Origin: an uncultured Chloroflexia bacterium
GTDB lineage: Bacteria > Chloroflexota > UBA6077 > JACCZL01
DNA: 64,000 bases
Assembly (NCBI GenBank): GCA_963765765.1
Contig: CAVXYC010000014.1
Span: forward strand, 288,001 to 352,000
Direction of reading: 5' to 3'
Part shown: positions 9,488 through 18,562 of the stretch, one piece after another
How positions within the stretch are numbered: the first letter of the stretch is position 1
How the letters are laid out: every line of letters starts with the position of its first letter
Notes under the pieces: model-generated
Told to the model about the DNA's origin: nothing
Seen by the model: the letters and a program-made list of their open reading frames with translations, nothing else
The model's database searches: none
Position numbers and translations under genes: made by a program

Positions 9488-10438
9488 ATGACGCAACCTC
9501 GAACAGCGGAGCCGCCCCGTATGAGTCACTCCTACGGACGCTGGTTCTGGGCTACCGTACGCCCTGGTATCACCGCGCTGGCGGCGGGGTGCCTGATGCT
9601 CTCGACGGCTCTCCGCGCTGCTGCCGCCGAAATGCAGCCTCAGCCGCCCATCATGCATGAATTGATCGCGCTCTCCCCGTCGTCCTTCTATGTCCGCTGG
9701 TCAGACCAGTGGGGCGAGGGCCCCGCTGACGGCCTGCGGGCCACCGTCTATCACAACGAGCGGCTCGTCCTGGCGGTCGATCTGGGCAACCAACCGGCCT
9801 CGGGCTCGGCCGAGATCGACGATCCCAACGCCATCCTTCAGCCGTCCACCCACTACTGCGTCGGGCTCCGCGCCTACCTCGGCTCGGGCGCCAGCGACAG
9901 CAGCACGTTCTCCGACGAGAGCAACCGCTTCTGCACCACGACCCCCGCGGCAGCGTCGGTGACGGCGATCCCGCGCGTGCCGATACCCACCGAGGTGACG
10001 ACGCCAGCTGCGCCGCCGGACCTGGCGCTCGAAGCCATCCGCGGTCGCGAGGAGCGCGAGTGGAGCGAGGTCAACGAGACCACGCCGACGTATCTCATTG
10101 CCCTTCGCAATGACGGCGCGGATGCTCTTGGCACGGTGGTGGTGGAGATCGCCACCTCCGGGGTGCTGACGCTCGCGGATGTGACGCAGGCCGCCCGCGA
10201 CGATTGGGCGGCCGACGGGTTTACCTGCACGTCCACCACCCCGTCGGGACGGGCCAATGCCGGCCTGCGCTGCACGGGCGGCACGTTGAGGTCCGGGCAA
10301 AGCACCAGCCCGGCGATTGTCGTGCGCCCCAGCCGCCCGGGCTTCGGCTACATTCAAGCCTCCATCGGCATCCGTTCCGGCCCAGCGGATATGGACACCA
10401 GCGACAACAGTCAAATGCTGGCGGTGAGGATCTTCTAG
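9488..10438 (+). CDS. Secreted beta-sandwich protein (FN3-like plus DUF11/CARDB-like domain)
   Basis: Signal-like ITALAAGCLMLSTALRAAAA; LQPSTHYCVGLRAY..FSDESN (FN3-like); PDLALE..Y.I.LRNDG..C..GTLRSGQS..D.DTSDNS (DUF11-like). Start uncertain. Confidence 0.65.
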   Translation: MTQPRTAEPPRMSHSYGRWFWATVRPGITALAAGCLMLSTALRAAAAEMQPQPPIMHELIALSPSSFYVRWSDQWGEGPADGLRATVYHNERLVLAVDLGNQPASGSAEIDDPNAILQPSTHYCVGLRAYLGSGASDSSTFSDESNRFCTTTPAAASVTAIPRVPIPTEVTTPAAPPDLALEAIRGREEREWSEVNETTPTYLIALRNDGADALGTVVVEIATSGVLTLADVTQAARDDWAADGFTCTSTTPSGRANAGLRCTGGTLRSGQSTSPAIVVRPSRPGFGYIQASIGIRSGPADMDTSDNSQMLAVRIF

Positions 10439-10492
10439 GAATCCTGCCGTATGCCGCACCACCGCGTGGACCCTAACTTGTCAAGACCAGGC

Positions 10493-13226
10493 TCAGCTGG
10501 TCGCTTCCAATGACTTCCCACGGTCTACAGAGTCCAGGAGAGCTTGAGCTTGAGAGCCGGCCTGTCGGCGATTCAAGACTCCGAGCTTCACGCAGACGCT
10601 TGCGACATGCTTTTTGACAGTCGCGGGCGAGATGTTGAGGCGCTCGCCGATCTCCTTATTCGTTTGAAAGGTAGCCAGAAGTGCGAGCACATCGGCCTCG
10701 CGCCAGGTGAGTCGGGCAGGCAGACGCGCGCGAGATTCCTTTCGTTGCGATATCGCCGAAAAGCTATGGCGCGCTCTCCGTTGAGTGAGGAGAGCGGCCG
10801 GAAACTCCCGTTCGGATTCCGGCAGATTCTGGACGAGCTCCTGAAGCACAGATGTCATCGCGTCATCAAGCTCAAGGAACGGCCGAGTTATACCGCCCGG
10901 TTTCGCTAGGGAAACAGCGCGGGTTAGATCGCCCAGCGCGGTATCACGAGCACCGTGGCGAGCCTGGAATTCCGCTCGAGCGGCAAGTACTTCCACCAGA
11001 CGAGGCACGTCTCTGAATGTCTCAACCTGCTCCACGAGCCAGTCAAAAAGTGGTCCCGCGCGAGCGCATGCCGTCATGTCGGGAGATCGACTCAACGCTC
11101 GCGCGTTGGTCAATGAGACGCATTCCAGGGCGAAGCTGATGAGGCTCAGGAACGGCTCAAAATACGTCTGCGAAACGTGCGACACGTCGGGCCGCTCGTC
11201 GCTTAACAGCGCCAGGTGCGTACGTGCGGCGGCAATCGATCCGTACGGATCGAAACTGACGGTTTCGGACTGGAGCTCCTCCGCCAGATCAACGGTGGAG
11301 CGTGCCGCGCCCCGGTCGCCGAGCGCTTGATGCGCCAGCGCAAGACCGATGAGCGTCTCGCGGAGGATCACTGCGTTGCCGTGCGAACACTGCGCCATTG
11401 CCGCATCGAACTCGCCGCGTGCTCGGGCAGCGTCGCCACGGAGGAAATGAATCTGGCCGAGGAGGTAGTGCATGGAGACTGCGCTTAGTGGATACGCGGC
11501 ATCGGCGCAGTTTGCGAGGCTGAGCTGGGCCAGTTGATCCGCGCCGGTAAGATCCCCCTGGAAAAAGGCCAGGACGGCAAGCACAAACGCATGGTCGCCG
11601 GTGGGGGCGCCCGGCGCAGCAGCCGTCAGGAGAGTCTCGAGCTGCGCGCGTGCCTCTTCACCTTGTCCGGTGCAGTGGGACGCAATGGCCCAGACGAGAT
11701 ACGCATTTCGGCGAGCGAGCCGAAAATGTTCCGGAAGTCGGTTCAACACCAGTGGAGCTTGTCGAAGCGCTTCGCCAATGTGCCCCTCAAACATCAGCAA
11801 TGCGACCTGCAACGCATCACGCTGCACGCGCAGCTCGGAGAAGTACACGGTATCGAGCGAGCCCACGGAGTCATCGAGCAGGACGCTCGCCCGGTCCAGC
11901 ACCGCTCGCAGCGGCGCGATCGCCACCCCGATCTGCAAAACCCAGGCGCGGGCAATGAGCAAGCCCGCGCGCTGACGGATGAGCGCTTCCGGCAGCCGCT
12001 GCAGGCAATCGGCAAGGAGCACCCATCGTTCGGAATTCAGAAGCTCAACAGCCTTCGATTCGACGAGCTCGGCGGCAAGTGTCGGCTCGTTGGCCGCCAG
12101 GGCATGCCACAGCGCATCCGTAAGCATGTCGTGATTCGCAAGCCACTCGCTTGCTCGACGGTGCAATGCTTCCACGCCCGTCTCACCCTTGATGACGCGC
12201 AGCCGCTGAAGGAGCGCCTTTCGGAAGAGCGGGTGGTAGCGAAACCACTTGCCAGCGCCGTCCGTACTGGTGAGGAAGAGCTCGGCTCGTACGGCGTCAC
12301 CCAGCAGCTTCTCGCCATCACCAGGTGCCGCCCCATCCGCAAGAGCCTCATAAAGCGGACCGCAAAAGCGATCGCAAATCGAGGTCAGGAGAAGGAGCTC
12401 GCGCATCGATGCGTGCTGCTGAGTGAGGACCTCATCTATTAAGAAGTGCGATATAAACAGCTCGCCTCGCGTCAGCACGTCCTCGCCTAACCTGCTCACG
12501 GAACGCTTATCCGCTACGGTAAAAAGCCGCAGGCCGGCTGCCCATCCTTCCGTCTTTTCCAGCAATGAATCGGGATCCGGCGCGTCGAAGCTCGATTGGC
12601 TAGTTAACTCGGTAAACGCCCGTACTTCCGAACGGGTGAAGCAGAAGGTCAGCGCCGCGGATTTCGACAAGCTCATTGCGAGCACGGAGGTCGGCGAGCG
12701 GAAGGTCGGGCTCTGACCGACTGCAAACGACGAGATGAACCAGGGTCGGGAGGCGCGTAAGCAAGGCGCCAAGAAATTCCAGACAGCTCGGGTCCGTCAC
12801 GACCTCGAGCTCATCAAGAACGAGTATCAACTCCTCTGGCAGTTCCTCGCAGGCGTTGGCTATCAGCCAGGCCAGATAGTCCGACGAAGGGGGATGCGCC
12901 AGGTCGAGAAGCGCAAGCGGCCAACTGCCAAAACCCGGCAAAACGGCGCGCACCGAATCAATAACCTGTGCGGCGAATTCCAGGTAGTGTTGGGTGGCTC
13001 GGTCGAGGGTCAGCCAGGTCGTCATACGCCCCGACCGTGACACCCAATCGGAAACGAGCGTTGTCTTTCCGAACCCAGCTGGTGCGCAGACCAGGGTTAG
13101 GCGTTTCCCCCAACTGGAGTCGAGGATACGGTATAGACGGGCTCGCTCGACAAGGTTGGAGCCTGCCCATGGAATGTCAGCGCGTCTTGACGGAATCGAG
13201 ACGTCACCTCCTATGCCGGGGACCAC
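10493..13226 (-). CDS. MalT-like STAND ATPase-TPR-LuxR regulator 1, split by a 1-bp indel near 12640
   Basis: ORF 12600-13226 has APAGFGKTT and LVLDELE; ORF 10493-12772 continues FTRSE, TEGWAAGL, WFRYHPLF and the HTH LTWREADVL..TNKEIG..ISPATVKKH. Confidence 0.9.
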
Positions 13227-13255
13227 GCAGGCTTAGCAGCGCCCGTCGGATACGG

Positions 13256-16117
13256 CTATGCCGTCTCATCAATTACGTATCTGGAGTGCCACGGTCTCTT
13301 CCCATCCGATGGAGCACGTGGCGCAGGCAGCCGATCATCTTGGCTTGCCTCGAGCGGCGTCCCGTCTATGACGAGCGGCATCACGCCCATCTGGCGCGCG
13401 CGCATCACTGCCTGTCGGCGATTAGGCGCGTGAAACTTCTCGCACAAATTGGCGACGTGCTTCTTGACCGTTTCAGGAGAGATACACAGCTCCTGGCCAA
13501 TCTCCTTATTGGTCATATGGCGGCTGAGCAGCTCCAGGACCTCAGATTCACGCCAGGTAAGCTTTCCCAGCACGTCAAGATCGGCCTGATGCCGGCTAGG
13601 GACCACCTGCGAAAGAGGACCCGTCGACGGGCCGCTCTGTTCGAGAATGGATAGGATGAACCCTTGTTCCGCAACTGTGCGACTGCCGGTCAGCTCGGTC
13701 AACAGGGTGGTCACCGGCTCACCGATCTCCACAAATGGGCGTACGATCCGGCCCGGTTGCGCCCGCCTCAGCGCACTCGTAAGGTCCGAGAGAGCGGACT
13801 GGAGATCCGACTGGTAATAGCGAACTACGGACCGTACCACTAACGCCCAGACCAGGTGCGGCACGTCGGCCAGCGATTCGAGCTCGCGGACCAAGTAGTC
13901 AGCCGCCTTAGCGAGCTGGGTCAGGTGGAGCTCATCGGAGCTAACCAGCAGGACTCGTAGGCGCGTTAGTGCGGGGTCCTCGAGATTCAACGAAGGCATA
14001 CTGAGCTCTGAGTCAGCGAGGTCCACTGCTTCGATGGTGGGCTCCGGCCGCTCACCCCGCATCAATGCGAGACGTTGACTGGCCGACTGGATAGCGCCCT
14101 CGGGATCGAAGCCACTGCTCTGCAAGGCTAGCTCCTCGGCGACAGCAATGGTGCCGAGCGCCAAATCATCGCTGCCCTCGGCCTGCTGACACAGCGCCAG
14201 TCCAATCAAACTCTCTCGGAGCACGAGCTCGTGGAGATGGTCGCGATTCACTAACGCAGCCATAAACTGCTCACGCGCCAGGTTGAGCTCATTGCGCATG
14301 TAATGAATGCGTCCCAGAATGTAGTGGCACCAGTCGACCGCGAAGTCGGTCGCCTCCGCGGACGAGCTGGATAGCGCCCAATGCACGGCACGCTCCGCGG
14401 CCTGGAGCTCGCCGCGAAGGAGATGGAGGAGCCCAAGGAGCTGCCCGTAGTCCAGGACCTCGGTACGCGTCGATGATGAGGCGAGACGCTCCGCGAGATA
14501 TTCCGCCGCCAGCTCGCCCCTACCCAGCGATTGAGCGGAAGATAGCCACGCGATGTGGGCCGTCCAGCGCGCTATACGAAAGTGCTCAGGCAGCTCATTT
14601 AAGGCCTGCCACGCACGAGTCCAGGCCTCTTCCTGGCGTCCGGAGCCGGATTTGACCAGTGCGCTCAGTGCGTCCCGCTGGGCGCGCTGATATCGCAGGA
14701 GCGATGATGTAGGCTCGCCCGGCCCGTGCAAAAGAAGCAGATCGATCTGCACGAGGAGCGGGTCTATCGGTCGAAGCTGCATCCTGAGCAGGAATGACCA
14801 ACAGCGCTTAAGGAGTAGGTCCACACGCGTCTGGAACAGGTATGGAGGCAGGGCGTCAAGCGCGGCGTCGATCACCTGCCATCCCTCGTGGTCGAGCAGC
14901 CGGGGGGCTAGCATTTCGACGAAGTCAGCCGCCCGCTCAGGATCACTGGCCAGAACCATGTAGTGAACCGCTTCCTTGAGCATCTCCTGCTGCGCAAACC
15001 ACTCGCCTGCCTTGTGATGAAGTAGCTGGATTCCGGCCTGCCCCCGGTCCGTGTGCAGGACAGACTGAAGCGCTTGACGCAGCAGGGGATGGAATTGGAA
15101 CCAGTCGCCACGGCGATCGAGGCGGACGATGAATAGATTCATGCGGGCGATCTCGTCTACGATCGAATAGCCAGTGCCAGATTTCCGGGCGTCGTCCAGG
15201 GCATCAAAGAGCCGCCCTGAGAATGCCTCGAATACAGACATCTCTAGCAGGAACTCGCGAACTCGCTCAGACTGCTTCGCCAGAACTTCGTCCACCATGA
15301 ACCCGCGAACAAATTGATCGACGCCGTCGAATGCGCGTACGCAGGCCATGCGGTCCGTGGCCCCCACGAGAACCAGCGCTGCCAAGCTCACCCCAGCCGG
15401 CCATCCGTCGGTGCGTTGGATGAGCTCCTCAAGAACGCCCGGCTCCACAGGCGCACCGAGCGCACCAATCAGGAATGCCTGGACTTCACCGCGGCGAAAT
15501 CGGAGCTCTGCCTCGCCGATCTCAGTGATCTCGTCTCGCGCCCGCCATCGGGCTATTGGAAGCCCCGGTTCAGAGCGGGAAAGAAGGACTGTGTGAACGT
15601 ACTCGGGAAGTACGCGCACAAGCCATTCGAGTAGCTGAAGACTTCCCGCGTCGCTGATGAATTCAAGGTCGTCGATCACGACGATGATGGGATCGTGCAC
15701 GTCGCTCAGCTCATGGGCGATCTGCCTGGCGACGTAGGCAGGTTCGACTCGCTCGGCCAGGCCAAGAAATGACAGGACCGACGAGCCAAAACCCGGACGT
15801 TGCGACTGGATGGCTCGAACCAGGGCGCCGGCGAAGCCTCGCGCGTCAGGTTCGGCGGTATCCGCGTTGAGCCAGGCCGCCGGGTAGGCCGCGGTGCGCG
15901 TCCATGCCTGTACGAGCGTCGACTTTCCATAGCCGGCGGGCGCCGTTACTAGGGTAAGTCTCCTGGTTAGTCCTTCATCGAGCCGACCATACAGTCGAGA
16001 TCGGTCGATGAGATGCGTCTCTCCAGTTACGGTTGACAGACCGGGCGCCGTCATGTTGAAGGTTCCCGCCCGACAATGGGCGTACGGATCCGCGAGCGTG
16101 CCAGCTCGCAGCAACAC
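13256..16117 (-). CDS. MalT-like STAND ATPase-TPR-LuxR regulator 2
   Basis: APAGYGKST, VVIDDLE, TDGWPAG, WFQFHPLL, C-terminal LTWRESEVL..TNKEIG..ISPETVKKH; start uncertain. Confidence 0.92.
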   Translation of the reverse strand: MLLRAGTLADPYAHCRAGTFNMTAPGLSTVTGETHLIDRSRLYGRLDEGLTRRLTLVTAPAGYGKSTLVQAWTRTAAYPAAWLNADTAEPDARGFAGALVRAIQSQRPGFGSSVLSFLGLAERVEPAYVARQIAHELSDVHDPIIVVIDDLEFISDAGSLQLLEWLVRVLPEYVHTVLLSRSEPGLPIARWRARDEITEIGEAELRFRRGEVQAFLIGALGAPVEPGVLEELIQRTDGWPAGVSLAALVLVGATDRMACVRAFDGVDQFVRGFMVDEVLAKQSERVREFLLEMSVFEAFSGRLFDALDDARKSGTGYSIVDEIARMNLFIVRLDRRGDWFQFHPLLRQALQSVLHTDRGQAGIQLLHHKAGEWFAQQEMLKEAVHYMVLASDPERAADFVEMLAPRLLDHEGWQVIDAALDALPPYLFQTRVDLLLKRCWSFLLRMQLRPIDPLLVQIDLLLLHGPGEPTSSLLRYQRAQRDALSALVKSGSGRQEEAWTRAWQALNELPEHFRIARWTAHIAWLSSAQSLGRGELAAEYLAERLASSSTRTEVLDYGQLLGLLHLLRGELQAAERAVHWALSSSSAEATDFAVDWCHYILGRIHYMRNELNLAREQFMAALVNRDHLHELVLRESLIGLALCQQAEGSDDLALGTIAVAEELALQSSGFDPEGAIQSASQRLALMRGERPEPTIEAVDLADSELSMPSLNLEDPALTRLRVLLVSSDELHLTQLAKAADYLVRELESLADVPHLVWALVVRSVVRYYQSDLQSALSDLTSALRRAQPGRIVRPFVEIGEPVTTLLTELTGSRTVAEQGFILSILEQSGPSTGPLSQVVPSRHQADLDVLGKLTWRESEVLELLSRHMTNKEIGQELCISPETVKKHVANLCEKFHAPNRRQAVMRARQMGVMPLVIDGTPLEASQDDRLPAPRAPSDGKRPWHSRYVIDETA

Positions 16118-16670
16118 TCATCGTGCCTTTCTTCAAATGTACGCGAATCCATACCAGTGTTCTCAGATGCGTAGTCCGTACACACAGCATGCTCGTGAGC
16201 TAATGCTCATGTATTAGTACACAGATACCGAACCTTTGCGATGCCCGCAAGTGTCCATCGTAATTGCCGGCAAGTGTCCAACGTAACAACTGCGACAAAT
16301 CGAGAGATTGCGCTAACCCAGTTGCATCAAGGCCTCTGGCTAAAGCTGCGAGGACGACGTGCGGACTTTCACAAACTCCGCCCCCGCTGGTGGCAGCATC
16401 CCTACGAATCCTGTCAACGAGGACCTGTACGGAAGCGGTCTGAGCCACCGGACAGAAAGTAACCCGTTTCCTACCTGCTGAAGGTAATTCGGACCGCTCG
16501 TTTCGGGCGTATCGTCGTCTCATGATGGAAATGAATGTACGAACGACCGAACACATCATCGCCGCGAAGTTTCCCTCATCGCCGCGGCCACGATTAGCGT
16601 ACCCCGGCGTAGTGCACCCAGCGGGCACGATTGCAGCAGCGGCCTGTATTGCGCCACGGGAAATGAGCCT

Positions 16671-17561
16671 GTGAGACAGACCCGCTCTGCTCCCCCCAAA
16701 AGCGGGCCCTTAGTAGACAACGAGATGGTCATGATCTCGGGCGGCCAATTCGTCATGGGCAGTGCGGAACCAGATGCATACCTGGCAGACGGCGAAAGCC
16801 CGATCCGCCCCGTCACGGTCTCTAGCTTCTGGCTAGACCGGTTAGCCGTGTCGAATCATGCGTTTGAAGAGTTCGTAAAGAAGGCGGACTATCTGACGGA
16901 TGCGGAGAGGTATGGCTGGTCGTATGTTTTTGCCGGCCTACTGGCCGGGGCGTCGTTCGATGCCGAGTCATCGTCGATTGCGCCGTGGTGGCTGCGCGTC
17001 CCTGGCGCCGACTGGCGCCATCCAGAGGGACCCGGATCCGATATACGCGGGCGGCTCAGTCATCCCGCCGTACATGTAACCTGGCAAGATGCGATGGCCT
17101 ATTGCCGATGGGCAAAGAAAAGGCTGCCTACCGAGGCAGAGTGGGAGTACGCGGCACGAGGGGGTCTGGAACAGATGCGCTTTCCGTGGGGCGACGACCT
17201 CGAGCCGGACGGAGAGCACCGCATGAACGTGTGGCAGGGTCGGTTTCCGTCACTCAACACAATGGAGGATGGGTATTACGGAACTGCTCCCGTTGATGCG
17301 TTTCCGCCCAACGCCTTCGGCTTGTTCAACATGACGGGCAACGTCTGGGAATGGTGCGCAGACTGGTTTCAGACAGCATTCTCCCCGGCGCCCTGCCGAA
17401 ATCCGAAAGGTCCCCGCGACGGGACACATCGGGTCATGCGTGGCGGGTCCTACCTCTGCCATGCCTCGTTTTCTCATCGTTACCGCGTGTCGGCCCGCAG
17501 CGGAGTCACGCCGGAGACTTCCACGGGCAGCCTGGGATTTCGTTGTGCGTGGCACGCGTGA
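16671..17561 (+). CDS. Formylglycine-generating enzyme (FGE/SUMF1) family protein, second catalytic Cys replaced by Ser
   Basis: F.MGS..DGE.P, GADWRHPEGP, HPAVHVTWQDA, RLPTEAEWEYAARGG, NMTGNVWEWC, RGGSYLCHASFSHRYR, GFRC. Confidence 0.9.
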   Translation: MRQTRSAPPKSGPLVDNEMVMISGGQFVMGSAEPDAYLADGESPIRPVTVSSFWLDRLAVSNHAFEEFVKKADYLTDAERYGWSYVFAGLLAGASFDAESSSIAPWWLRVPGADWRHPEGPGSDIRGRLSHPAVHVTWQDAMAYCRWAKKRLPTEAEWEYAARGGLEQMRFPWGDDLEPDGEHRMNVWQGRFPSLNTMEDGYYGTAPVDAFPPNAFGLFNMTGNVWEWCADWFQTAFSPAPCRNPKGPRDGTHRVMRGGSYLCHASFSHRYRVSARSGVTPETSTGSLGFRCAWHA

Positions 17562-18097
17562 CTCTCATCCCGTATAGAAGATGCTCGCCTCTGAAGCCTA
17601 CGCCGAGCGTCCTTGCCGCGCAGCTCGACGATCGAGGTAGTCCGTAGGTCCCCGGCATGAGTCTTTGGACAACTGAGCAGTCGTGTTACACAGCGCCATC
17701 GCTCGTGTGGTGGAATGTAAAGCCACCTTGAAACCAAGATTCAGTACAACCCTGCCCGGAGGGGTACGTGCCCGCGGAGTATCCGACGTCTTTGACGGCT
17801 GGCGAAGGTGCAAGGATAGGTTGTCATCGCGCAGCCGAGGCAATCCCACCGCCCGAGCGTCTGTGCCGCCTCATCGCTGCGACCTGCGTGACACGGAGCC
17901 CCGCCTCGTCAAGAATCGCCCGGGCTTGTCGGAACCGCGCGTCAAGCGCCAACGAATCGAGCGCGGCCAGGGAATCCTCGCCATGCCGCCGGGTTCCCGC
18001 CCGCGGTCCGACCGCGGGGCAATGGTGGACTCGATCCAATTGACAGGTTGTGCAAGGACGCGCTCGTAGCAAATCTCAAACATCATGAGCACCCAAC

Positions 18098-18139
18098 ATG
18101 TACATGGGGAGTACAAAAATGTACATGGCGAGTGCGAAT
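18098..18139. repeat. 21-bp imperfect direct repeat containing the palindrome ATGTACAT
   Basis: ATGTACATGGGGAGTACAAAA / ATGTACATGGCGAGTGCGAAT in the long intergenic region before MalT-like 3. Confidence 0.7.
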
Positions 18140-18562
18140 ATAACGAGTACTATGGTCCTACTATGACCGCGTGCTCGTGCGAGTCGGGGCGACCTGGCAA
18201 CCATGGTGACATCTCCGTTGCCGATGCCTCCAGCTCATCGACGGTCCCGGTCGGTGAGAAACACCGCCGACGAAACATCAAGCTGCGTCGTCGCGCGATA
18301 TATCGCCCGATGTGGGGCAAAAACGGGGTATGTTGCCCCGAGCCCACAAGTCCGATTTCCCGGATATGCTTATGTCAAGGTAAGAGATCGGCGATTGGTG
18401 CGTAGTGACACTACCCAAAACTACGCAATTACCCGAAACTACCCACTATAGGGCACCTCATCTGAGCGAGATCCAAGCGAAAATTCTAGAGTCGCAATAT
18501 CAGGCAGCGCGTCTCGCTCGGAGATGCCGTTGAGCGGCCAGGACATCCGTGAGGAGCATGGC

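Noticed and set aside
16200-18072. Short minus-strand ORFs 16200-16628 and 17824-18072 flanking the FGE gene
   Set aside because: No motif, homolog within the window or clear RBS; cannot be supported without a search.
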